NCBI GenBank assembly: GCA_038231275.1 | Contig: JBBRLQ010000007.1 | Location: 275,825-339,824 of the forward strand | Source of the DNA: Polyangiales bacterium | GTDB lineage: Bacteria; Myxococcota_A; Polyangia; Polyangiales; Polyangiaceae | Direction of reading: 5' to 3' | DNA length: 64,000 bases | In this document: positions 41,862 to 53,626 of the stretch, piece by piece | How the letters are laid out: every line of letters starts with the position of its first letter | Position numbering within the stretch: the stretch's first letter is position 1 | Program-made: the position numbers and the translations under genes | The notes under the pieces: generated by a model | What the model was told of the DNA's origin: nothing | Databases searched by the model: none | Seen by the model: the letters and a program-made list of their open reading frames with translations, nothing else

Positions 41862-43625
41862 TCAGAACGGGATCGTGTAAAACGAGTAGTTGACCGACAT
41901 CGGCACGCCGACGAAGGGCTCGACGCGGACCTTCGAGAAGCGCTCGAGGATGCAGCGACCGGTGCCGCTGCCGGCGTAAGGCGGTCCGAGGTAGGCCTCG
42001 GCCATCTTGCCGCTAGGGTTGAAGCGCACGCGCACACTGCCAGGACCGCGTGGACCGGTGCCGCGCGGGGCGATGCACGCCGCGAGATCGGGCGAAGCCT
42101 CTGCGAGCGCGGCGCGCGCCGTCGGCGCCGAGAAGCGGCCTGGCGGGTGAGGAACGGGGGCGACGGCCATCGCGGGCGGCGCCGGCACGACGTCCGCGGG
42201 CAACGAGACGGTTCCAGGCTTCAGCGCGGTCGGCGCCGCGACGAGGACCTTCGCGCCGTGCGCAGAGGTCAGGCGAGCTTCTCTGCCCGAAGCGGGCGCG
42301 CGCGGGGCCGTCAGCGCGAGGAGCCCGACGATGCACGCCAGTGCCGCGGCGCCACCCGCCGCGATGATGCGCTGCTGCCGAGGCGTTCGCCCGACCGCCG
42401 CGAGGCGGCGCGTCATCGGTGATGGATCGAGCCCGGCAGGCGCGAGGAGATCCGCGTCGTCGAGCTCCTCCTCCTCATGCAGCGCGAACCGCGGAGACGC
42501 GACGGGCATGGCCGGCGCGGACGGGGGCGAGACGGCGGGCGCGACCTCGGCGGTGGTCGACACGCGATCGTACGACGGCGGCGACGGAGCTTCGGCGCGC
42601 CGCGCGGGAAGCGGTGGCGCCTTCTTCTTCGTCGGTGCGGCGGGCGCGATGCTCTTCGGCGCGCGAGACGCCGCGCGCGAGAGCTCGTCCCAGAACGAAC
42701 GCATGTCGGGGAAGCGATCGCCGGGCGACGTCGCGAGCGCGCGGGTCAGCACCGCCTCGAGCTCGGGCCCGAGCGCGACGCCCATCGCGAGCGCCGTCGG
42801 CGGACCCATCTCATGCAGCGCGCGCACGGCCGCGCCGATGGTCGTTCCCGCGGCGACGACGGGCCGCGCCGCGAGCGCCTCGCAGAGAATTCGCGCGAAC
42901 GCGAAGACGTCGCTCGCCGGGCCGATCGCGCCGAAGGACTTGTCCAGCTGCTCCGGCGCCGCGTACGGCGGGCACGGCAGGCTCGCCTCGGCGTCGATCG
43001 CCGCCTCGCGCACGCCCACGGCTGTAATGGCCGCGTGGTCGTTCAGCACTTTGCCGACGCCGAAATCGAGGACCTTCACCGCCGGTCCCTCTTCCGTCCA
43101 CGCCACGAAGAGGCTCGAGGGCGTCAGCGCGTAGTGCCCGATGCCTTGGCTGTGCGCGAACGCCAGCGCGTCCGCCGCCGAGTCGAGCAAGGTCATGACC
43201 TCGCGGATCGAGCGCCGGCGCGACTGCTGCTTCGCGAGCTCCGACGCGAGGGAGCGCCCTTGCAGCCACTCGCGAACGAGGTACGGCACCTTCGCGCCGG
43301 TGCGCGGCGAGGTCGTCGTCCCGCACGCGACGCTGTGGACGATGTGCGCGTGGCGTCGGCCGAGTTGGTAGTGGATCCGCGCGCCTTCGCGGAGGCTCTC
43401 GATGAGCGGCTCGTACCGCTCGAGGTCGAGCGTGATCGGGAGGTTCAAGCATTTGATCGCCACCGGCGCGTCGACGCCTTCGTGGAGCCCGCGGTAGACG
43501 ACCGAGAGCTCACCGCGTCCGCCGATCTCTTGCGCGCGAAACTGCCCGTCGATGAGCGTGCCGATCAATCCGAGCGGATCCACTCCGCTGTCGCTCGTCC
43601 GATCCATGCGTGCGCTCTCCCCCAT
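41862..43625 (-). CDS. Ser/Thr kinase-like membrane protein with a degenerate catalytic loop (probable pseudokinase)
   Basis: VAIK, DFG, YAAPEQ and SDVF present, but HRD is replaced by HYALTPSS; TM helix and C-terminal domain with two Cys. Confidence 0.8.
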   Translation of the reverse strand: MGESARMDRTSDSGVDPLGLIGTLIDGQFRAQEIGGRGELSVVYRGLHEGVDAPVAIKCLNLPITLDLERYEPLIESLREGARIHYQLGRRHAHIVHSVACGTTTSPRTGAKVPYLVREWLQGRSLASELAKQQSRRRSIREVMTLLDSAADALAFAHSQGIGHYALTPSSLFVAWTEEGPAVKVLDFGVGKVLNDHAAITAVGVREAAIDAEASLPCPPYAAPEQLDKSFGAIGPASDVFAFARILCEALAARPVVAAGTTIGAAVRALHEMGPPTALAMGVALGPELEAVLTRALATSPGDRFPDMRSFWDELSRAASRAPKSIAPAAPTKKKAPPLPARRAEAPSPPSYDRVSTTAEVAPAVSPPSAPAMPVASPRFALHEEEELDDADLLAPAGLDPSPMTRRLAAVGRTPRQQRIIAAGGAAALACIVGLLALTAPRAPASGREARLTSAHGAKVLVAAPTALKPGTVSLPADVVPAPPAMAVAPVPHPPGRFSAPTARAALAEASPDLAACIAPRGTGPRGPGSVRVRFNPSGKMAEAYLGPPYAGSGTGRCILERFSKVRVEPFVGVPMSVNYSFYTIPF

Positions 43626-43746
43626 GATTGCATTTGAGCGTAGCTCAGGAACGCGTGAGCGCGACCGCACGTTCTTGAAAAATATGAAAGAAGTCAGCGA
43701 CCTACAGCATCCTTCGCTGTGGCCAGGGTGACCCCTCTACCTCACG

Positions 43747-44175
43747 TCAGCGCTCGCTCTTGCGCGTCGTCTTGGGCGCCTTCGGCGTGACCGCGGAGTA
43801 GGTGCCCGATCGGCCGGGAGCGTAGCGTCGCACGACGGCGAGGAGGCGATCGATGTCCACGGGCTTGCGGAGGACCTCGGACACGCCGAGCTCGGTCGCG
43901 TCGAACATGCCGCTCGCCGTCAGCGCGACGAACGGGACGTGTGTGAGGCTCGCCCACTTGCGCCGCTCGGCGAGGAATTGCTTGCCGTCCATGACGGGCA
44001 TCGTCAAATCCACGAGGACGAGCGCCGGCGCGCCGAACGTCGCCACGTGCTCGAGCGCGTCCAGCCCGTTGGCGACGCCCACGATGACGTACCCGGCGAG
44101 GGTGAGCACCTCGGCGACCGCCTCGCGGACGCGCGCGTCGTCGTCGACGTGCAGGATGACTCTCTTCTCCGACAT
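43747..44175 (-). CDS. single-domain response regulator (receiver)
   Basis: VDDD, LVDLTMPVMDG, ALTA and KP motifs. Confidence 0.9.
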   Translation of the reverse strand: MSEKRVILHVDDDARVREAVAEVLTLAGYVIVGVANGLDALEHVATFGAPALVLVDLTMPVMDGKQFLAERRKWASLTHVPFVALTASGMFDATELGVSEVLRKPVDIDRLLAVVRRYAPGRSGTYSAVTPKAPKTTRKSER

Positions 44176-44250
44176 ACGTTCCCCCCAGGACCTCGGCTGT
44201 CGCGCTTCACCTAGCACAGGACCGCGCCCCCTGGGGTACCATCCTGGACA

Positions 44251-46913
<2,663 letters not shown>

Positions 46914-46917
<4 letters not shown>

Positions 46918-47609
46918 CCGCGAGCAAGCTCATTGCAGGGTGCATTCTTTTCGCGGCGGCGGCGTGCGGGAAGCACGAGGAGAAGCCCCTCGCGAGCGCC
47001 GACCCGCCTCCAGTCGCCGCGACCGCGGCGGCTCCGACGCCGACCCCGACCGCGACCCCGACCGCGACCCCGACCCCGACCCCGACCCCGACCGCGACCG
47101 CGACCGCGACCGCGACGGCGACCGCAACCGCGACCGCGACCGCGCCGACGCCAGCACGTCCGACTCCGACTCCGACTCCGACTCCGACTCCGACTCCGAC
47201 TCCGACCCCGACTCCGACTCCGACTCCGCCCGTGACCCTCCACAAAACCGCGGATCATTCGATCATCGATCTCACCGTCCCGACGTGCGCGGCCAACACC
47301 GACTGCTCCGCGACGGTTCGGCTCGAGGCGACCGACGAGTTTCACATCAACAAGGAGTATCCGTACAAAGTCGTGCTGAACGATGCGCCGGGCGTGCAGT
47401 TTCTCGGCGCCGAGGGCGGACGCTCGTTCGGGCGCGCGTCGGGGCACTTCACGCAGACGGGCGAGAAGGTCGCGACGATCGCGCTGCGCTTTCATCCATC
47501 GGCGGCCGGAAAGATCACGCTCGGGGGGACGTTCAAGATGAGCGTCTGCTCAGCGACGGTCTGCAAGCTCGACCCGACCGAGCTCTCGCTCGCCGTCGAC
47601 GTGCACTAA
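46914..47609 (+). CDS. lipoprotein with a long Pro-Thr/Ala-Thr linker and a beta-sandwich C-terminal domain
   Basis: GTGA overlap with the kinase stop; lipobox AAAC; FHINKEYPYK and SVCSATVC motifs. Confidence 0.75.
47034..47228 (+). repeat. coding hexamer repeats (CCGACC/GCGACC/CCGACT)n encoding the PT/AT linker
   Basis: Read directly. Confidence 0.9.
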
Positions 47610-47676
47610 GTGGAGCGAAGCGCAGCGGAGCGAAACGCTTCTGACAGGAAGGCCTGACCGGCTTTCCGGTCAGGCC
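47607..47676. repeat. REP-like repeat family A, third copy
   Basis: TAAGTGGAGCGAAGCGCAGCGGAGCGAAACGCTTCTG...GGCCTGACCGG-CTTT-CCGGTCAGGCC. Confidence 0.85.
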
Positions 47677-47709
47677 CTGAAGGGGCAACGGGCATCAGCG
47701 ACGCGAGCG

Positions 47710-49938
47710 TCACGCGCGCGTGACCTGCGCGGGGACGTACTTGTGCCACGGCGTTCCCGCGAGCTCGTCGCGATCCTGCGTGCGCGTCAGCTCGTTGGGC
47801 GCGACGCCCGCGGTTGGACCGCTCGCCGGAGTGACACCGAGGCCGTTCGGGAGGGAGATGTGGCCGCTCATCATCGTGTCGGTCACTTCCACGGTCGTCA
47901 CCACCGTGCCGCCGCGCGTCGTCACACGCACGGTCCCGCCCTCCGCCACCCCGAGGGACGCGGCGTCGCTCGGGCTCATGCGGAGCGCGCCGGCCGCGTC
48001 CGTCTTTCGCCACGCGGCGTCGCGGATGATCGTGTTCGCCGTGAACGAGCGCCGCTCACCGGCCGACAGGACGAACGGAAACTCCGCGTCGATCGGCGGG
48101 GGACCTGCCGCGAGGAGCTGACCCCACTTGCCGAGGAGGTCCTCCAGCGCGAGGTGCACCTTGCCGTCGGGCGTTGCGATGCGGCCGAGCACCTCCGACC
48201 ACTCGTCCTTCGCGAAGACGACTCCGGACGGGCTCTCGCATATCGCCTTGAACAGCGCGGCGGCGGCCTCCACCGGACTCCCACCGAAGCCCGCGCGCGC
48301 GATCGCCTGCGGCGCGCTCATCGCGAGCTTCATCACGAGGCCGAGCACGACGGCACCCTCCTTCAGCTCCACCGGCATCGGCAGCGTGCGGTAGAGGAGC
48401 ACCGGCGCCTGCGGCCCGAGGCGAGGATCGCCGAGCGCGACGCCCATGAACGCCTCTGCGTACGCCGCCATGCCCCTCGCGGCCGCCTCGCGCAGCGGCG
48501 CCAGATCCGCTTCGGTCACGACTCCGAGCGCCTCCACCAGACGCGCGTGGATCTCGGCCTCGGGGAGCACCCCCGCCGGCGGCTCGAAGAGGCGCGGCCG
48601 CAAATGAAACGCGTTCTCCGGAAACTCGAAGTTGAAGAACGTCGCCTCCGCCTTCTCGAACTGCGTCGCCGCAGGAAGGACGTAGTGCGCGAGCCGCGCC
48701 GACTCGGTCATCGCGACGTCGATGACGACCACGGTGTCGAGCGCGAGGAGCGCCTCGCGGAATCGCGGCGAGCCTGCGAGGGAGTGCGCGGGGTTCGCGG
48801 CCTCGATGAGCATCGCCCGGTAGCGCTTGGGGTGATCGGTGAGGATCTCGTCGGCGATCACGTTGCACGGCACGAGGCCGCTGATGATCGGCGCGCCCAC
48901 CACCGGGCTCGTGCGCCCGGACGCTCCGCCCGCGATGTTGACGAGGGGCGTCGGGATGTAATGTGCGCCCGGCTTGCCGATGCTCCCGGTGAGGGCGACG
49001 AGCAGGTGGTGCAGGTAGCTCACCAGCGTGGAGTTCTTGTTCATCTGCACGCCGAGGTCTTCGAACGTGGCAAGCGCACGCGCGCCGCCGATGCGACGGG
49101 CGGCCTCGCGGATCTGCGTCTCGGCGATGCCGCAGGCCTCGGCGCAGCGCGCGACATCGACAGCGGCGAGGGCAGTCGTCACAGCGTCGAGCCCCACCGC
49201 GTGCCTGGCGAGGAAGTCCTTCGCGAAGAGGCCCTCCTGATGCAAGACGCCGAGGATCGCGGAGAGCAGGAAGGCGTCGGTGCCTGGCTTCACCTGGAGA
49301 TGGATGTCCGCGAGCTCCGCCGTCTCGGTCCGGCGCGGATCGATCACGATGAGGCAGCGCGCGGGATCCTTCGACAGCTCCTTCAGCGTCACGCGCGCGC
49401 GCGGGATGGAGTGCGAATGCCAGGGATTTTTGCCTAAAAACAGCGCAACGTCGCAGTGCTCGAAGTCGGCGCGCGTCATCGAGCCGAGCATGCGATCGGC
49501 GACCCAGAACTCGCCCGTCTTCTCCTGCGCGAGCGCGCTCGATCGGTGACGTGACCCGATCGCGCGCCGCGTCGCGGTCGAGTATGCGCCGGGCAAGTGA
49601 TTGCCCTGCCCGCCGCCGCCGTAATAGAAAATAGACTCGCCGCCAAACGTGTCCCGTACGCGTGCGAGGCGCGCCGCGACCTCACGGATGGCGGTGTCCC
49701 AGTCGATCTCCTCGAACGTCCCGTCGGCCCGGCGTCGCAGCGGGGAGGTGAGGCGGTCCTTCGCGTTCTGGTAGTGGTCCAGCCGGTGCGCCTTCTCGCA
49801 CGCGTACCCCTTCGAGATCGGGTGTCGCTTGTCGCCGCGGAGCTTCACGAGATTTCTCCCGTGCTCGCCCCCCAACTGGACCTCCAGCCCGCAGTTGCAC
49901 TCGCAGAGGATGCACGCCGTCGGTTGCCACTCGTTCAT
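47710..49938 (-). CDS. molybdopterin-dependent oxidoreductase
   Basis: N-terminal CILCECNC...C Fe-S motif, RLTSPL, IDPRRTETA, AHYVLPA and C-terminal MopB-binding domain. Confidence 0.9.
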   Translation of the reverse strand: MNEWQPTACILCECNCGLEVQLGGEHGRNLVKLRGDKRHPISKGYACEKAHRLDHYQNAKDRLTSPLRRRADGTFEEIDWDTAIREVAARLARVRDTFGGESIFYYGGGGQGNHLPGAYSTATRRAIGSRHRSSALAQEKTGEFWVADRMLGSMTRADFEHCDVALFLGKNPWHSHSIPRARVTLKELSKDPARCLIVIDPRRTETAELADIHLQVKPGTDAFLLSAILGVLHQEGLFAKDFLARHAVGLDAVTTALAAVDVARCAEACGIAETQIREAARRIGGARALATFEDLGVQMNKNSTLVSYLHHLLVALTGSIGKPGAHYIPTPLVNIAGGASGRTSPVVGAPIISGLVPCNVIADEILTDHPKRYRAMLIEAANPAHSLAGSPRFREALLALDTVVVIDVAMTESARLAHYVLPAATQFEKAEATFFNFEFPENAFHLRPRLFEPPAGVLPEAEIHARLVEALGVVTEADLAPLREAAARGMAAYAEAFMGVALGDPRLGPQAPVLLYRTLPMPVELKEGAVVLGLVMKLAMSAPQAIARAGFGGSPVEAAAALFKAICESPSGVVFAKDEWSEVLGRIATPDGKVHLALEDLLGKWGQLLAAGPPPIDAEFPFVLSAGERRSFTANTIIRDAAWRKTDAAGALRMSPSDAASLGVAEGGTVRVTTRGGTVVTTVEVTDTMMSGHISLPNGLGVTPASGPTAGVAPNELTRTQDRDELAGTPWHKYVPAQVTRA

Positions 49939-50001
49939 GTGCGAACAAGCCTGGGGCCACGACGCGTGAATTGCAATACGCCGGCGCGCACGTGCGCGTC
50001 G

Positions 50002-50496
50002 TCAGTGAGCTGTCACGATCTCGTTGAATTTCTCGGCCCCTTGCGAGAGCACGCGGGTGAAGCCCATCTCGATCGCGACGTCTCGCTCGGCGAGCGATGC
50101 GAAGCGCGCGACGAGCTTCCACTTCGTCTTCGTCCCGGCCTCCTCGAGGGTGACCGTGATCATCGGGCTCACGTGACCGCCGACACGCGTGCGCGGCTCC
50201 GCGTCCTTCCACACGAGCCGCTCGGGTTTCACCACCTCGACGAAGACGTACTCCATTGGATATTCGGTCCCGTCGGGCGTCTTCATCACGTGACGCCAGC
50301 GCCCACCGGGTCGCACGTCCATCTCGCAGACCGGGTTCTCGAAGCCGTGGCCGCCGTACCACTTGGCGACCTGCTTCGGATCGGTGAGCGCCTCCCACAC
50401 GAGCGCGCGCGGCGCGTCGAAGGTGCGGTGCATGACGATCACGGGCTCCCTCTCGGAAGGGGCATCCACGCTCATTCGGTCGAGATTCGTGCTCAT
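50002..50496 (-). CDS. SRPBCC/AHSA1-like domain protein
   Basis: RTFDAPRALVWEALTDP and MDVRPGGRW motifs. Confidence 0.9.
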   Translation of the reverse strand: MSTNLDRMSVDAPSEREPVIVMHRTFDAPRALVWEALTDPKQVAKWYGGHGFENPVCEMDVRPGGRWRHVMKTPDGTEYPMEYVFVEVVKPERLVWKDAEPRTRVGGHVSPMITVTLEEAGTKTKWKLVARFASLAERDVAIEMGFTRVLSQGAEKFNEIVTAH

Positions 50497-50505
50497 GGCA
50501 TCTCC

Positions 50506-50883
50506 CTACTTCTTTCCGTTCTTCTTCTTGGTCTTCTTCGTCGTCTTCTCGACCGGCTCGGGCCGCTGTTGCTGCATCGCCCGAAGGTGCTCAGCGAGGC
50601 TGTCGACGCTGCGGTCCCAGAAGCGGCGGTAGCTCTCGAGCCACTCGGTCGCCTCTTGCAGCGGCTCGGCCTCGAGATGACACGGCCGCCACTGCGCCTC
50701 TCGACCACGCGAGATGAGCCCCGCTCCCTCGAGCACCTTCAGGTGCTTCGATACGCCGGCGAGCGTCATCTCGAACGGCGCCGCGAGATCCTTCACGGTC
50801 GCGTCCCCGCGCGCGAGCCGCGCGAGAAGGGCCCGCCGCGTGGGATCGGCGAGCGCAGAGAGGGTCGTGCTGAGATGGTCCAT
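50506..50883 (-). CDS. ArsR/SmtB-family transcriptional regulator
   Basis: ALADPTRRALL and VSKHLKVLEGAGLI motifs. Confidence 0.92.
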   Translation of the reverse strand: MDHLSTTLSALADPTRRALLARLARGDATVKDLAAPFEMTLAGVSKHLKVLEGAGLISRGREAQWRPCHLEAEPLQEATEWLESYRRFWDRSVDSLAEHLRAMQQQRPEPVEKTTKKTKKKNGKK

Positions 50884-50910
50884 TGGCCTCGTTGAAGAGG
50901 ACTATGGTAT

Positions 50911-50941
50911 TCAACCAATCAGTTTTCAACCATATGGTTGA
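50911..50941. promoter_or_regulatory. ArsR operator candidate: perfect palindrome plus a degenerate tandem copy
   Basis: TCAACCATATGGTTGA (50926-50941) preceded by TCAACCAATCAGTTT, in AT-rich DNA upstream of the ArsR gene. Confidence 0.75.
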
Positions 50942-50959
50942 TTAAAAAACGGAGATGGA

Positions 50960-51035
50960 TGCCCACCCCCGCCGCCGCTCCGCGGCGTCGACCCCTCCCA
51001 AATCGGCGACGAAGCCGTCGCCTCAGGGAGGGGTG
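50960..51035 (+). repeat. REP-like repeat family B, copy 1
   Basis: TGCCCACCCCCGCCGC...ACCCCTCCC-AAATC-GGCGACG-AAGC-CGTCGCC-TCA-GGGAGGGGTG. Confidence 0.85.
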
Positions 51036-51048
51036 AAGACCCGCGCGC

Positions 51049-51417
51049 TCAAAACGGGCAGCAAAAGCCGCGCTTCGACACGTCGGCGTCGTACGGCTGC
51101 GAGCCCTCGATAGGGGTGCAGTGGAGGCCGCCGAGATCGGCGTCGGTCTCGCCGCACACGACGACGCGTTCCTTGGGCACGCCCAAACTGCACATGCTCT
51201 CGACGTTCGACGTCGCGCTCGTAGAGATCGTCTCGCAGCCGGGGAGGCTCGGCGATGCCGTGTCGGCGTCGGAGCTGCTCGAGGAATCCGTCGGCCCTCC
51301 CAGTACAGGGAGCGCGCTTGAGCTGCTCGAGGAACACGAGAGCGCGCCAAGGATCCCAAGGCACACGATCGCGCTGCACGCGACGGAGGTGGGCAACAGC
51401 TCTCTTTGCCTCCGCAT
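51049..51417 (-). CDS. small Cys-containing lipoprotein
   Basis: Lipobox ALSC, Ser linker, C-terminal GFCCPF. Confidence 0.6.
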   Translation of the reverse strand: MRRQRELLPTSVACSAIVCLGILGALSCSSSSSSALPVLGGPTDSSSSSDADTASPSLPGCETISTSATSNVESMCSLGVPKERVVVCGETDADLGGLHCTPIEGSQPYDADVSKRGFCCPF

Positions 51418-51453
51418 AATCACCTACAGATCCTGTGCATCAGGAGCTCGTGC

Positions 51454-51570
51454 TCAGTCGGTGGACGCGTCGTGGATGCCGCCCTCGCCGACGAGGCCGC
51501 TGTCGGGCGGCGTGCCTGCGTCCGGCGGGTTGCACGAGCACGGCGCGCGGTGATAGCGGCGCGTCCGGCA
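51454..51570 (-). pseudogene. possible orphan C-terminal coding remnant
   Basis: Reads CRTRRYHRAPCSCNPPDAGTPPDSGLVGEGGIHDASTD*, with no start codon of its own; in frame with the upstream Cys-rich gene. Confidence 0.35.
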
Positions 51571-51646
51571 CCCCTCCCTGAGGCCGCGGCTTTGCGCGGC
51601 CGATTTGGGAGGGGTCGCCGCGGCGAAGCCGCGGCGGGGGTGGGCA
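51569..51646 (-). repeat. REP-like repeat family B, copy 2 (inverted)
   Basis: Reverse complement TGCCCACCCCCGCCGC...ACCCCTCCC-AAATC-GGCCGCG-CAAAGC-CGCGGCC-TCA-GGGAGGGGTG. Confidence 0.85.
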
Positions 51647-51666
51647 GCGCCTGCTGCTTCTGCGCC

Positions 51667-53520
51667 CTATTTGCAAGTGCTCGCGGTGCACGTTTGGTTG
51701 CCGGTGCAGACCGTGCCGCAGGCGCCGCAGTTTTGGTTGTTGGTCGTGAGGTCGACGCAGACGCCGGCGCAGTCGGTGGTGCCGGGGGGGCACGCGCACT
51801 GGCCGCCGCTGCAGATCAGGTTGGCGCCGCAGACCTGGGCGCAGAAGCCGCAGTTGGTCTTGCTCGTCTGGAGATCGACGCACGAGTTGCCGCAGCGCGC
51901 GAGGCCGGCGCCGCACGAGGCCTGGCACGTGCCCGTGCTGCACGCGGTGCCGCCGGTGCATCGGTTGCCGCAAGTGCCGCAGTTGTTGCCGTTCGATTGC
52001 AGATCGGCGCAGACGCCGTTGCCGAAGCCGCCGGTGCACGCGGTCTCGCCGGGCGGGCACACGCACGTTCCGGCGTTGCACGTCGCCTGGTTGGGGCAGC
52101 GGTTGTTGCATGTGCCGCAGTTACGGAAGTCGTTCTGCAAGTCCCTGCACACGCCGTTGCAGAGCGTCTGCGTGCCGGGGCAGCCGCTGCTGCATTTGCC
52201 GGCGTTGCATGTCGTGCCGGGGCCGCAGTTGTTGCCGCAGGCGCCGCAGTTGCGGCGGTCGGTCTGCGTGTCGGTGCAGATGCCGTTGCAGGACGTGAGG
52301 CCGCCGCCGCACACGCATTTCCCGCCGGTGCAGGCCGCGCCGTTGCTGCACACGATGCCGCAGGCGCCGCAGTCGAACGGATCGCTCGTGAGATCGACGC
52401 ACGCGTTCGCGCAGTTGGTGAGGCCGGGGCCGCAGGTGGTCGTGCACGCGCCGAGCGAGCAGACCTGTCCGGCGCCGCACTTGACGCCGCAGCCGCCGCA
52501 GTTGAGCGGATCGCTCTTCGTGTCGGTGCAGACGCCGGAGCAGCGGACGCCGCCGTTGTAGCAGTTGCACACGCCGGCCTGGCAGGTCGTGCCGCCGCCG
52601 CAGCGAATGCCGCAGCCGCCGCAGTTCGCGTTGTCGGTCTTCTCGTCGACGCACGCGCCGTTGCACGTGGACTGGCCGGGGCCGCACGAGCCGGTGCAGC
52701 CGCCGTTCGAGCAGAGCTGGCCGGGTGCGCACGCGTTGCCGCATTTTCCGCAGTTGTTCGGATCGCTCGACGTGTCGATGCACTTGCCGTTGCACGTCGT
52801 CTGGCCCGCGGGGCACCCGCACGCGCCGTTGCTGCAGGCCGTTCCGCCGGCGCACACGACGCCGCAGCCGCCGCAGTTGCCGTTGTCGTTCTTCTCGTCG
52901 ACGCATGCGGCGCCACACTGGGTGAGGCCGGGCGCGCAGGTGCTGGTGCACGCGCCGAGCGAGCAGACCTGGCCGCTGCCGCACACGTTGCCGCATTTCC
53001 CGCAGTTGTTGGGATCGGACGACGTGTCGGCGCACGCGCCGTTGCACAGCTGCGGCGAGCGACCCTGATCGCACAGGCACGAGCCGGTGAGGCACTGCTG
53101 GCCGGTCAGGCACGCGAGGCCGCATTTGCCGCAGTTGGCCGGATCGTTGTTCGGATCGACGCACGCGCGGTTGCAGTTGATTTGTCCGGGGGCGCAGCTG
53201 CGCGCGCAGACGCCGAGGGAGCACACCTGGGTACCGCGACACGCGTTGCCGCATCGCCCGCAGTTGGCCGGATCGGACTCGACGTCGACGCACTTGCCGC
53301 CGCACTTCGTGCCGTTGGTGCACGCGCCGCCGTCGATGGGTTGCGCGTCGGGTCCGCCGGTGTCGAGCGTCTCCCCGTCCACGAGCGTCACGTCGCCGCC
53401 GCCGTCGGCGATCAAGAACGCCGAGTCGACGAGATCGCTGCGCCCGCAGCCTCCACCGAAGAGGACGACGAGGAGGGCCGACAACGAGGCGACGACGAGC
53501 GTGGCGCGCATTCGGATCAT
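51667..53520 (-). CDS. Cys-rich tandem-repeat lipoprotein (STIG1-like, myxobacterial DPxNCGxCG repeats)
   Basis: Lipobox GGGC; 13 repeats of about 42 aa built around CxD...D..NCGxCG..C. Confidence 0.88.
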   Translation of the reverse strand: MIRMRATLVVASLSALLVVLFGGGCGRSDLVDSAFLIADGGGDVTLVDGETLDTGGPDAQPIDGGACTNGTKCGGKCVDVESDPANCGRCGNACRGTQVCSLGVCARSCAPGQINCNRACVDPNNDPANCGKCGLACLTGQQCLTGSCLCDQGRSPQLCNGACADTSSDPNNCGKCGNVCGSGQVCSLGACTSTCAPGLTQCGAACVDEKNDNGNCGGCGVVCAGGTACSNGACGCPAGQTTCNGKCIDTSSDPNNCGKCGNACAPGQLCSNGGCTGSCGPGQSTCNGACVDEKTDNANCGGCGIRCGGGTTCQAGVCNCYNGGVRCSGVCTDTKSDPLNCGGCGVKCGAGQVCSLGACTTTCGPGLTNCANACVDLTSDPFDCGACGIVCSNGAACTGGKCVCGGGLTSCNGICTDTQTDRRNCGACGNNCGPGTTCNAGKCSSGCPGTQTLCNGVCRDLQNDFRNCGTCNNRCPNQATCNAGTCVCPPGETACTGGFGNGVCADLQSNGNNCGTCGNRCTGGTACSTGTCQASCGAGLARCGNSCVDLQTSKTNCGFCAQVCGANLICSGGQCACPPGTTDCAGVCVDLTTNNQNCGACGTVCTGNQTCTASTCK

Positions 53521-53626
53521 GGCTCCATGAGTGTGCACTCTCGGGAGCTGGACCGATCAGTTTCCTGGAATCTTTTTGTGACCCGCCAATTCGATGCGCA
53601 CCGTGTGGGACACGGCGCCGCAGAGT

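Noticed and set aside
47034-47228. Hexamer tandem repeats as a non-coding element
   Set aside because: They are in frame and encode an ordinary Pro-Thr/Ala-Thr linker.
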